Shown in pieces: positions 22,426 through 34,847 of a stretch of DNA of 64,000 nt (position 1 is the stretch's first letter; every line of letters starts with the position of its first letter). Source of the DNA: Monocercomonoides exilis PA203. Lineage: Eukaryota > Protista > Preaxostyla. Location of the stretch: the NCBI GenBank assembly GCA_001643675.2, contig LSRY02000053.1, positions 186,001 through 250,000 on the forward strand, given 5' to 3'. Both the position numbers and the translations under genes were made by a program. The notes beneath the pieces are model-generated. The model ran no database searches. It was not told the DNA's origin and saw only the letters and a list, made by a program, of their open reading frames with translations.

Positions 22426-25387
22426 ATGATGGATATAGCATGGGATATGGAACTGGACAAAGATTGCTTTCCTCTTGTTCTCTATTGCTCTCTGAGAAAT
22501 TTGCTGTGCCAATGTTTGATGAAAAAGGAGGAGGAGGAAGAGGAGGAGATGATGTTTTGTACAGAACAATTTTATTGGCTGTGCCATTGTCATCTTCTGA
22601 TCCTCCCAATTGTGTTAGCATTCCTTTGGACTGAGTATCAATGACTTCACTTTTGTGAGATGTTTCATTTGAGAATTGTGGCTGTTGATAAAAAATTTCG
22701 CTTCCTCTTCCTTTTTCTCTTTCTCTTTCTCTTTCAATCCCTTCGGCATTATCATTGAAATTATCATTCATGAGTTGACTTGCATCAGTCGTCGTAATTT
22801 GTCCAAATTGAGAAACCGGAGAAACCGGAGAAACCGGAGAAATCGGAGAAATCGGAGAAATAGAATAGAAATGTGATGAATTCTGCTGTAGCACGCCAGA
22901 CGCAGAAGCAGAACGAGGAATTGAATAGGAAGTTCTTTGTTGAGTGGAAGGAAGGGCAACAAGAGGAGGATGGGAGAGCAAAGAGTCGGTGTCAGAGGAA
23001 GAGGAGGTGGAGGAAGAAGAGGAAGAAGAGGAGGAAGAAGAAGTTGAAGAAGAAGATGTTGATGATGAACAAGCGTTCAAATTGTATGTTTTGTTTAAAT
23101 CTTTTTTGAACAATGCTTCGGAAGAAGAAGTTGGAGATAAAGGAGAATATGAATAAGGAGGAAAAGATGAAGAGGAAGAGGGAGAAGAAGAATAAGCAGA
23201 AGAAGAAATGGAAGAAGAAGAAGAAGAAGAATATGAAGGAGAATAAAAAGGAGAGAAAGGAGGAGAAGGAGAAGGAGAGGGAGAAGAAGAAGGAGAAGAA
23301 GGTTGACTTTGATGGATGGGAAGATGAGAAGGGGAAGGGATGGGATGATGCGGAAGAAGGGAAAGAAGAGAAGAGATGGCAGAAGAAGAAGAAGAGAAAG
23401 AAGAAGAAGAAGAAGAAGAAGAAGAGGAGGAGGAGGAGGAAAAATCTGAAGAAGAAGAAGAAGACGATGATGATGAAGGATTTGGCTGAACGTGAAGGAG
23501 ATTTGCATTTATAGCATCTTTTGTGCTGATGTCTAAGTGTGTTGCAGAATTTATTGGGTTTGGCATTGCAGTCACTTCTTCTCTTCCTTCTTCTTTTCCT
23601 TCTTTTCCTTCTTTGGAATTGATATTTCTTTGATACAGAGATTCATTTTGATGATGATTAGGATTGAATTCAATGGAAGTCGTTTCAAGCGAGTGGAATG
23701 GAATGATTGAGGTTACTTTGTTAGCTTTGGTGTATTGCTGATCTGCTAAAGAAGAAGATGATGATGATGAGGAAGAAGAAGAAGAAGAAGATGATGATGA
23801 TGATGATGATGATGAGGAGGAGGAGGAGGAGGAAAAGGAAGAGGAAGAAGAAGAAGAAGATTTAGAATCATTCACAACAGCAGCAGTGGAAGAAGAAGCA
23901 ATCGAAGCAATCGAAGCAATCGAAGCAATTGAAGAAGAAGCAGCAGAAGACACAGAAGGAGGTGTGGTTGTGGGTGTATGAGCAGACGCAGGCGAAGTAT
24001 GGTTGTCAGAAGGATAACAAGGAATCGGTCTAACAGGAGGAACATGGAATTGTGCGGTTCTATTGCTGTTGTTATTGTTATTGCTGATATTATTGTCTGT
24101 GTTAAAGGAATTTACCAATTTGTTCATTGGTTCTTTGAAAAAATAGGGAAACTGTGTTGAATGAGGACGATGACTTATGCTTTTTGGATTGTTTTCTTCT
24201 TCTTCTTTTTCTCCTCCTCTTCCTCCTCCTCTTTCTTCTTCTTCTTCTTCAGAAATTATGATTTTTTGTTTGGCTTGCTCAAATTTCGCTTCTTCGTCTT
24301 CATCGTTTTCTTCGATTTTGACTGTCACAAACTCGATTTTGCTTTGTATTTTGCTGCCTTTTTTGGTCAAATGACGACATTTTGTTGGTTTGTGAAGAAC
24401 TTTAGAATGGATTTCATTGGAATTGCTGGCTAACTTTGTTGATCTTCCTTTTCTTTGGTTGTCTCCTTCACAAACACTTGAATCTTTATTTGTTGTATTT
24501 TCTCCATTAGTACAAATCTTTCGAACTCCTCCGTCATTATCATCGTTTTCTTCTTCTTCTTCTTCTTCTTCTTCTTCTTCTTCCTCCTCCTCCTCCTCCT
24601 CATCATCATCGACATCTGTAATAACCACAGAAGGTGTTGACTGCTGTGAAGAAGCGAAAGAAAGAAGCGAAGAGACACACGAATCAACAGGCGTGTCAAT
24701 AACAGAAAGAAGAGGGCGGCTGAAGGAAGGCTCAGTAAATTCTTCTTCTTCTTCTTCCCTTTCTTTTTCTCCTTTTTCCCCCTTTTCCCCCTTTTCCCCT
24801 CTTTTTCCTTCTTTTCCTTTCTCTTTTCTTTCTTCTTCTTTCTCTTCTTCTTCTTCTTCTTCCTCTTGGATGATTGGAGTAGGGTTGAGTGGAGAAAAAG
24901 TAGAAAAGAAAGAAGAAGAGGAGGAGGAGGAAGAAGAAGAGAAAGAAGAAGAATGTGAAGGAGGAGGGAAAACAACAGGAGAAGGAGGAGAATAAAAGGA
25001 AGAAAAAGAAGAAGTCGAAGAAGTCAAAGAAGAAGGCATAGAAATCTCTTTAGAATCATCTTCTAAGATAACCAATGAATTCGAGTTTTGATGAAAATTA
25101 TGGTCGATTACGTTTCCAGATGAAATATCAGAGCGATCAAAGAGAAGAAGCCTTTGAGCTTTGTGACTATTTAACATTTTGTTTATTTTGTTGTTCTTTT
25201 CACTTTCTTCATTTAATCCATTTAATCCATCATTTTTGCGTTGAATTTCGTTTTCATTCAAAAATTTGCCTTTTATTTGTGTTACATCATTGTTTATTCC
25301 ATTTATCTCATTTGTTATTCCCCTTTCATTCTTCTCTAATTTTCTATTAAAAATTCTGTTTTTCTCTGTTTTGTTATCTTTTAAGCG

Positions 25388-25424
<37 letters not shown>

Positions 25425-25673
25425 GAGAAACTGATGTTTGTGCTATTTGGTTGAGAGCGAAGACGAGGGAGAGAGGAAGGAGTGAGGGAAGAAGGCTGAG
25501 AAGCAGAATAGGAACTGTGAGGGAGAAGAGAAATGGAAGAAGAGGGGGAAGAGGAGGAAGAGGAAGAGGAAGAAGAGGAAGAGGAAGAGGAAGAAGAAGA
25601 AGAAGGGTTTGAAATAGAAGAGGAGGGGAAGGAAGAAGAGGAACAAATTGAATTCAAAGAAGAATTCAAAGAA

Positions 25674-25705
<32 letters not shown>

Positions 25706-25913
25706 TGATGACGAAGGCGAAGAAGACGAAATGCAAAGAGGAGATTGGTTAGCAACAGAAGCAGTGGATGTGTCAGCAGAGAGGGAAGGAGAGGAAGAAA
25801 GAGAAGAATAAGACTCAGCAGACATTGTGCGATGGAAGGGGAGGATGAAGGGGCTGGTGGAAGAGAAAGGAATAGCAGAAGAAGAGGAAGAAGAGGAGGA
25901 GGAAGAGGAGGAA

Positions 25914-25945
<32 letters not shown>

Positions 25946-26706
25946 AGAAGAAGAAGAAGGCAATGATTTTTTAGAAATTGGAGTGGAAAACTCAGTTTTA
26001 GGGGGGATTTTGGATTTTGTGGTGTTTTTAGCGTTTTGTTGAATGGTTCTATTTGAAGAGAAGGGAGAAAGAGGAGTTTTATATACAAGAGAAGAAGAAG
26101 AAGATGAGGAGGAGGAGGATGATGATGATGAACCAGTAGCAGAAGCAGAAGCAAAAGAAGAAGACAAAGAAGAAGAGAATAAAGTAGAAGAAGAAGAAGA
26201 AGATCCAAAAGAAGAAGAAAATACTGAGTCTTGTTCACCTCCTCCACTGCTCATCGGCCCAAACTGCAGCGAAGACTCGATTTTTGCCGGCAAAAGGCCG
26301 TGTTTCATCATTCTTGAGTAAGAAACGAGTTTGATGTGATTCAAAAACACAGAAAGAAGCTGAGAAGCAGTGGGACGTTTCAGAGGATTTGGGTGTATCA
26401 TAGAAGGGATGATGGAAGCAGCTAAGGGATGCAACCGAATGAAATGCGGGCTCAATTTTTGTGTTTGTGTGAGTTGCTTGATTTCATTTATGCGCTCCAT
26501 TCGAGTGGAGAACGGGGTGAGGAGCTCGAAAAGGATGATGCCGAGGGAGAAGATGTCAGAGGCAGGGGTGATGGGGGGAGGGAGAACGGCTGTGGGGACA
26601 GCTGTGGGGATAGGGGGAGGGAAGGAGGAGGAAGAAGAGGAAGAAGAGGAAGAAGAAGAAGAATGAGAAGAAGAAGAAGAAGAAGAAGAAGAAGAAGAAG
26701 AAGAAG

Positions 26707-26737
<31 letters not shown>

Positions 26738-29700
26738 TGTCTTTGAAGGAGTATTAGCAGATGATCTATGTTTTGAGTGTCGACTTGACAGAACAGGAGC
26801 AGGTGGGCTGTGTGATTGGATGAAGGGACGATCAAAAAGAGGAGAAGAGGAAGAGGAAGAAGAGGAGGAGGAGGAGGAACGAGATGAATGAGAACGAGAA
26901 GAAGAATCGATTGAATTTGAACGATGATTGAAATGAGAAGAAGAAGAAGAGGAGGAGGAGGAGGAAGAAGAAGAAGAATGAGAAGAAGAAGAAGAATTAG
27001 CCAGAATGTGTATAGACTCAGGAGAAGAAGCAGAGCTGTCGTATTCAGTGAGATGAGCTTTTGGATAAGGGCGTGAGTGAAACGGGACAAAATGAGGTGT
27101 GATGATAGAAGAAGAGGCAGGTTTCAAGACAAAAGAAGGAGAAAGTGAAGAAGAAGAGGAGGAGGAAGAGGAAGAAGATGATGATGATGAACTTCCTTCT
27201 TGTCTTTTTTTCCTCCTCATAATCTTCTTCTCCCTCTTGCTGTTTCTCTGCTTCATCATTTTCTCCTTTGTTCTCAATCGTTTCTCCTCTCCTTTGTTCA
27301 GCTGGTTTCTTTCTCTTCCTTTCTTCCGCTCAAAAATACGCATCCACTCACGAAGCTCGGGAGAAGCATACAAAGAAGTGAAAATGCCATCAGAGGATGA
27401 CAATGAAAGAGGGGACAAACCAGAAGAAGAAGAAGGAGAAGGTGGAGAAGGAGGAGAAAGAGAACGAGAAGAAGAAGAGGAAGATGGATTCGGAGAGGGA
27501 GAAGAGGAAAAAGGAGAAATTGAAGAGCCAGGTGATGTCTGGAACACTTCATGAATGAAATCTTGCTCATTTTCTGTTCTTTTCGTCTTTTGTGATTTGT
27601 GTGAAAGTTTTGCACGAGTATGTTTCGATGAGCCTATTTTGGAACTTTTGACATGATTTGACAACATGTCAGAATTCCGATGCATAAATAATTGTGAAGA
27701 ATCGATTTTTCCTGCTTTTTTTGCATTTTCTTTCTTCCTTCCTCTTCTTCCTTCTTTCTCTTTCTCTTTCTCTCTTTTTGCTTCTTCTTCTCTTCTATTT
27801 TCACTTTTTCTTCTCTTCCTTCTTCTTCCCTCTTCTCTTTCTCCTTCTCTTCCTTTTCTTTCTCCTCCTCCTTCTCTCTCCCCCTTCTCCTCCCCCCTCG
27901 CAAACCCCATATCCTTCCACAAACTCCATCTCCCTCCATCATTCAATGAAATCGTCGATAACCCAAAATCTCCCAACTTCACCACAAGCTGTGCTCCTCC
28001 TTGCCTTTCTTCTGTTAATTCCTTCATTGCCTCTCTTTCTTCCATTTCTCTTCTTTCTCTCTCTCTTTCTCTTTCTCCTTCTTCTCCTTCTTCAACCCTT
28101 CCTCCTCTTTCCCTTTCCCTTTCTCTTTCTCTCTCAATCTCCATCTCCCTCCTCTCCCTCCTCTTCTCCTTCTCCCTCTCGTTCCCTTTTTCAATCAAAA
28201 ACACGTTTTGTGGCGTTAAATCGTTGTGTACGATGCCTCTGCTATGCAAATGCGAAAGAGCAAAAAGAATTTGGATGAACAAGAAATAAGCAACATGATC
28301 ACGAAATGTCTGGAGTGTGAGGAGGAGGGAGAGGAGGAGGGAGCATAAAGAGGCAGAGGGGTGGAAAGAAGAAGAGGAGGAGGAGGAAGAAGAAGAAGAA
28401 GGAAAAGAAGAGGGAGACGAAGGACCAACTGAATGGAATGAAGGAGCTGATACATGCTTTGTTGAGGAGGAAGAAGAAGGAAAAGAAGAATTAAAAGAAG
28501 AAGAAGAAGAAGAAGGCGAAGCAGAAGCAGAAGGGGACGTAGCAGGGATGTTTGGATTGAACTGCGAAGAAGGAGACTTCGGAAACGCGTCATTGGACGC
28601 AGAAGAGAAAGGGGTGAAGACTTCAGACAGTTTTGCGATGAAGTCGAAAGAAGGAAGAAAAGAAGGGCGAGAATCAATCCAAGTGCGAAGAGTTTGAGAA
28701 GAACACAACTCCATTTGGATGCAGAGGGCAGGGAAGATGGAAGAGGAGGAAGAGGAAGAAGAAGAAGAAGAAGGAAAGAGAAGAGAAGGAGAAGGAGAAG
28801 CAGAAGAGGAAGAGGATGATGAAGAAGAAGGAATGGATTGTGGAGGAGGAGGGAGAGGAGGAGGGTTGTTTTGTGATTGGCGGGGGAACAAGAAGAGAGA
28901 AGGGGAGACAGGGCGAAAAGGATAATCAGAATGAGAAGGAAGGCGATGGAATGAAGAATATCTTTGGATCATTGTGGAAGAAGAAGAGGAGGAAGAAGAG
29001 GAAGAAGAAGATGATGATGATGATGTTATTGCTGAAGGAAGAGAAGAAGCATGTACAAGAGCAAGAGAAGTGGAAGGAGAAGGAGAAGGAGAAGGAGAAG
29101 GAGAAGAGGAAGATGATGGAGAAGAGGAAGAGGAAGAGGAAGAGGAAGAGGAAGATGATGGAGAAGAGGAAGAGGAAGAAGAAGGAGAAGAAGAAGGAGA
29201 AGAAGAAGGAGGAGGAGATGAAAGTTCAGTTGGAGAAGATGTGTTGTTGATATATTCAGCTTGCATTTCTCTTTGTTGATTGGGAGAAAGAGAAGAAAGA
29301 GGAGAAGGAGAAAGATGATGAGAAGGAGAAGAAGAAGAAGAAGAACGAGAAGAAGAATGAGAAGAAACGGGAGAGGTCGAAGTGATGGTGGAGGTGAATG
29401 TTTCATCTGAATTGTCGATGGAGTGGTGGGAAACAGAAGAAGATTTCGTAGAAGAAGAAGAAGATGATGATGATGATGATGATGATGGGAAAGAGGAGGA
29501 AGAAGAAGAGAAGGAGGAAGAAGAAGAAGAAGTTGAAGTGTGCGATGATAAATTAGCAGCTCTGCTATTCTTTGGCTTTATTTGACTTTCTCTTCCTCTT
29601 TTCTTTCCAGTTGTTTTGGTAGTTTTTGAAGGAGAAGAAGAGGAAGAAGAGGAAAAAGAAGAGGAAGAAGAAGAAGAAGACTTTGAATAAGATTGAGTGC

Positions 29701-31727
29701 GAGAAGTGAAAGGAAAAGGAGGAAGAGGAGGAAGATCTGATTTTCTGTGTAATTTTTTCCGTTTGGATTTGACAAGGAAAGAAGAAGAAGACTTTTTTGG
29801 ATGAGAAATGAAATGTTTTGAAGAAGAAGAGGGAAAAGAAGAAGATTTTGAAGATTTTGAAGAAGAAGAAGAAGAAGAGGCAGTAGAACTAACAACTTGT
29901 GTTGAGGATGAGGTGGATAGAGAAGAGTCGTGTGAGGTGAGGGATGGTGGAATAGAAGAGGAAGGAGAAGAAGAAGGAAAAGAAGAGGAAGAAGAAGAAG
30001 AAGAGACAAAGAATTTTCGAGCAGCAGAAATAGCAAGATTAACCTGTTGGGCGATGAATTGAGGTGTTAAAGAGATTTGAGAAGATGATGAAGAGGAAGA
30101 GGAAGAAGAAGAGGAAGAGGACGAGGACGAAGAAGATGATGATGGATTATGTGAATGTGAAATCTGTTTTGACTTAGTTTTCGATTTTGACTTTTTTGTT
30201 TGTGTTTGTGTTGGCAAAACTGTAGCAAAAGCTTTGCTTTCCTCTTTTTTCAATGAAATTTCTGGTATTTTTGAATTATTATTATTATTATTAGCAGAAA
30301 AAGGAGGAGGAGGAGAAGAAGAAGAAAATGAAGAAAATGAAGAAGAAGAAGAAACGATTTGAGGAGAGAGAGGAAGAGGCGGGTCGCTCAGCAAAACAGA
30401 GCGGAAGGGAGAAACTGCTGATTGATTGGAAGATTTTGCAGAATTTGATGGAGTTGATAAAGTTGATAAAGAAGAAGAATAAGAAGAAATTGAAGATTTT
30501 GATGTATTTTGTGAAGAAATTGAAGATTTTAACGGATTTTTTGATGGTTTTGAAGAAATTGATGAAGCTGGTGAATTTGTGATGTTCAATGGAGAAGGTG
30601 ATGATAATAACAGAGCACTCCATTCACTTTCTTCTTCTTCTTCTTCTTCATATTTATTTTCTTTTTTATCTTTATTTTTTCCATCTTCATCATCATTTTC
30701 ATCCTCTTCTTCTTCGTCGTCGTCATCTGACAAAATTTCGATTTTAACAGAAGAAGAAGGAAAAGAAGAATGAATTGGAGGAAGTTGTGTGGGAGGACGA
30801 GGAAACGAAGAAGAAGAAGAAGAAGAAGAAGAAGAAAGAGAACGAGAAGAAGAAGAAGAAAGAGAAGAAGAAGAAGAGGCAAAAGATGAAGAAGAAGAAG
30901 AAGAAGAAAGAGAAGAAGAAGAAGAAATGGAAGATAAAGAAGAAGTTGACGGATGTGAAGTTATTTTCACAGATGATTTCGATTTTGAAGGCGAATGAGA
31001 AAGAAGAGAGGTTTTATTTGAAGGTTTCTTTGAAGAAGACAAGCCAGAAGAAGAAGAAAAGGAAGAAGAAGCAGAAGCAGAAGAAGAAGAAGAAGATGAT
31101 GATGATGATGATGATGAAAGAGAAGATAAAGTGGTTGAAGATAAAGAAGAAGAAGAGGAAGAAGAAAAATCGGAATCAGAAGAAAGATCAGAAGAAGATG
31201 AAGATGCTGTTGTTACTGCTTCGTCATTCTCTTCACAGGAAATATCAAATTTTGTTTGTTTCTCTGAAAGTTTGTTGGATTCCCCTTTTGCTTCTTTTTC
31301 ATTCTTGTTCTTCTTCTTCTTCTTCTTCTTCTTTCTCTTCTTCGTCTTCGCCTTCGTTATCTTTGTCTTTTCAATGTTTGATTTTTCTTCCTCTTCTTCT
31401 TTTTCTTCTTTATCTTTCTCCTTCTCCTTCTTCTCTTCTTTCTCTTTCTCTTTCTCTTTCTCTTTCTTTTTCTCTTTCCCTTCTTTCTCCCTCTCCTCCC
31501 TCTCCTTCTCTTTCTTCTTCTTCATATCTTCAATCATCAACATCGCTACCATTTTTATCTTCTCCTTTCTTGTCAACACATTCTTCTTCATCATTGTCCT
31601 TGTTGTTGATTCATCGTCCCAATCACCTTCTGAGTCTTCTTCGCTGCTGTCTGATATGATGAACGATTGGACTGATGGAGGAGAAGAAGAGGAAGAAGAG
31701 GAAGAAGAAGAGGAAGAGGAGGAAGAG

Positions 31728-31762
<35 letters not shown>

Positions 31763-32597
31763 GGAGGAGGAGGGTAATGAAGACGAAATGGGAATGGAAA
31801 GTGCTTCGGAAATAGCAGGGGCAATGGAGGACGGGTGTTTGATATGATTGGAAGAGGAGGAAGAAGAGGAAGAAGATGGAGAAGAGGAAGAAGAAGAGGA
31901 AAAGGAAGAAGAAGAAGAAGAAGAAGAATTAGTTTGAGAAACCACGTTTGAGCAATCAGAATTGGAAGATGAATGGAGTGAAGAGGCATTTGATGTGTTC
32001 AGTTCAGAAAGTGGATCGTTGTTGAAGACAGGGCTTGTCTGAATTGAAGTGAATGTGGAAGAAGAAGAGGGAGAAGAAGTGGAGGAGGAGGAGAAAGAGG
32101 GAGAAGAAGAATTTAAATTTGGTGAAGAGACAGAAGAAGAAGAGGATGATAAAGAAGAAGAAGAAGATGTTGAGGTTGAGGTTGATGTTGGATGAAGTTT
32201 TGTTGCGTTACCTGGAGGATATTGAGAAGTTTGTGTCTTTTTCTCGCTTTCTTTTTCTCTGTGTAATTTTTGGAGTGTGCTTTTATCAATAAAGACGGTT
32301 GTGTTATTCGTTGAAGAAGAAGAAGAAGAAGAAGAAGAATTTGATGCAGTGCTTGATGATAATGAAGAAGAAGATGATGATGATGACGGAGAAAATGAAG
32401 AAGATGATGATGATGAAGGCAAAGAAGAAGATGAAGACAAAGAAGGAGAAGAAGAAGAAGAAGAAGATGGGCGAGCAAAATATGGAATAGGTGCCACTTC
32501 ACCAAAGACAACATTATACAAATGGATCATGTTGGTGAAGTTTGGAGGAGTTGAAGAAGAAGATGAGGAGGAAGAGGAAGAAGAAGAAGAAGAAGAA

Positions 32598-32633
<36 letters not shown>

Positions 32634-33225
32634 TATGAAGAAGAAGGAACAGAAGAAATGGAAGAGGAAGAGGAAGAGGAAGAGGAAGGTGGAAAAGAAA
32701 CTTCAGCTTTTGATACACCTTCATCGTCTGTTTGTTTGATATTCTGATGAGCAGTTTTAACATCATTGGTAAGCTCATGTTTGTGTGTTTGTTTTTGATG
32801 AAATGGATTTTGATGAGTTTTGTGTGATGCTTTGTTTCCAGGGGTGGAAGGAGAAGGAGGGGAATAAGGGACTAAATATGCAGCAAGATGTTGGTTTTGG
32901 GATTGAGAAGAGGAAGAAGAGGAAGAAGAGGAAGAAGAGGAAGAAGAGGAAGAAGAGGAAGAAGAGGAAGAAGAGGAAGAGGAAGAAGGAGATGAGGTGG
33001 AGGAAGAAGAAGATGATGATGATGATTGAATCAATGGTGGTGAACTTGATGGTACAGTCAATGATGGAGCAATAGCAGAAGAAGAGGAAGAAGAAGGATA
33101 AGGAAAAGAAGAGTCAGATGAGGAAGAAAGAGAAAGAGATGAAAGTGTGGTTGATGTGTCGCAAAAGGCAGAAGAAAGAGAAGATGAAGAAGAAAGCGAA
33201 AGAGAATTTGAGGCAGAAGATGAGA

Positions 33226-33256
<31 letters not shown>

Positions 33257-34474
33257 AGGAAAATGAGCATTTCCTTCAGAAGAGAAAGAGGTTTGAGTAA
33301 TTTCTGAAGATGGCAGGGCAGCAGAATGTGGGGGAGATGGTGAGTGTTCAGAAATGACTGTTAGCTGCGAAGAATCAGAGGCAAGCGAGACAGAGTCAGC
33401 AAAGAGAGAAGATGTGGAAGAAGAAGAGGTGGAAGAAGAAGAAGAAGAGGCAGATGAAGTGGATGAAGCGGATGCGGTGGATGAAATGGTTGAAGTGGAC
33501 ACGGCGGTATCTGCTCGTGGCGGAGACGACGTGAAAAGAGGGGGCGAAGGTGTCGGGGCCAGAGAACTGTCTGAGTCACATGGTGCTCCTTGTGAAGGAG
33601 TTTGAGGTGTCAGAACATTGAATGCAATTCCCTCAATGCTTTTTGTGCAATCTTTCTGTGGATGGGGCTCGTGTGCTTGGGGAAAAGTTACGCTTGATAT
33701 TACATTTGAAACGGTTGAGTTGGACTTTGTTGCATCAAAAGCAGGAGTTGAATCTGTATCACTCGTGGTCTTGAACTGCGGAGAAGGAGAAAGTGTGTAT
33801 GAAACCTCAGAGGCATCAGATCCGGAGAGTGATAGAGACGGAGAAAAATCTTTCACTTCTGTCATTTGGCATCGAGAAATCGGGCGCGGTAGGTGAGCAG
33901 TGAGTTCAACTGGATGATCAGCTTCAGTTTCATCAATCACTCTGGGAGGATGATAATCGATATCAGAACTGGAAGGATAATTAGCTTGAGTGTACGAAAT
34001 ATCGCATACATCAAACCAACTGTAGAAAAAGCGAACGATATTTGGATGATTTAGCTCGGATAGTAGAAGTGTTTCCTTCCTTATATCTCTAAGAATTGAC
34101 GGATTTTTAATTGCAGCTACTGTGTCAATTGGTAAAACTTTTATTGCAACAAGAGAATCAGTAACAAGGTGCTTTGCTTTCCATATGGAACCGAATCCCC
34201 CAGCGCCTATCATTTCTACAATTTTGTAATCAGGAAGACCACGCAAAAATGTAATCGAAGGGACGTAATCTTCTTCGATTTCAAAATCCTCTGCATTTTC
34301 GTTTGAAGTGTATTTCAATTCATCTGTAGCACATGGGAGTTCTTTCTTTACTAAGCCAAGATTAAGAAAAGTTGACCATATTTCTGTCCTTAGCTCTTGA
34401 ATTCCGTTTGAATAATAATCAGCAATTTCTTGCAAGCTATTGAATTTCTGATTAATGCAATGGTTGCACTCCAT
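18812..34474 (-). CDS. Giant (5220 aa) eIF2-alpha-kinase-like (PEK/HRI/GCN2-type) Ser/Thr kinase with massive low-complexity inserts
   Basis: All subdomains occur in order: IGAGGFG, VAIK, ELNHPNIVRFFYSW, LCIQMELC..TLRTWI, LHSRGIVHNDLTPQNVFL, VKLGDFGL, LYASPE, SDIFSLGIILFELLTPFSTRMER, KRPTASQLL. IVRxxxSW, IQMELC and PFxTxMER are characteristic of eIF2-alpha kinases. Confidence 0.88.
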
Positions 34475-34743
34475 TTATTTTTAACTTATCTAAAACTTAA
34501 AAAAAAGCGATTGTTGGCAAAAAGAGAAAAGAAATAATTCTGTGCCGCAAATATAGTAATCTCAAAAAATATATTCAAGCGTTTTTAATATAACTTTTGT
34601 TGTAAAATATCACAATCAGTGCTATACAATGAAATAAAGCCAAATTATTAGAAAATTCTGATCATAACCAGCATTTGTTTTATGATATCTCAACATAAAA
34701 CATTTTTTCGAGAGAAGATGAACTTTGTTAATGAATTCTTCTA

Positions 34744-34847
34744 GCGGAAGTTTTGTGATGTAAAGGGTTTTAAACACAGTCCATCTGTGAGTAGAGGTCG
34801 CCCTCATTTGTTACGCTAGCCTCTTAAACCGTCTGATTCCCTTCCGC
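34744..34847 (+). ncRNA. Candidate structured ncRNA (C/D-box snoRNA-like)
   Basis: GC-richer intergenic island. Terminal stem GCGGAAG/CTTCCGC, box C-like GTGATGT (34755-34761) and box D CTGA (34833-34836). Internal complementary pairs GGTTT(T)AA/TTAAACC, CACAG/CTGTG and AGAGG/CCTCT. Confidence 0.5.

Noticed and set aside
18972-33896. Dozens of antisense and alternate-frame ORFs (poly-E, poly-L, poly-K, poly-F) overlapping the kinase, and likewise the PDE and UFD1 genes
   Set aside because: By-products of stop-free (TCT/GAA)n low-complexity sequence, with no domain motifs.
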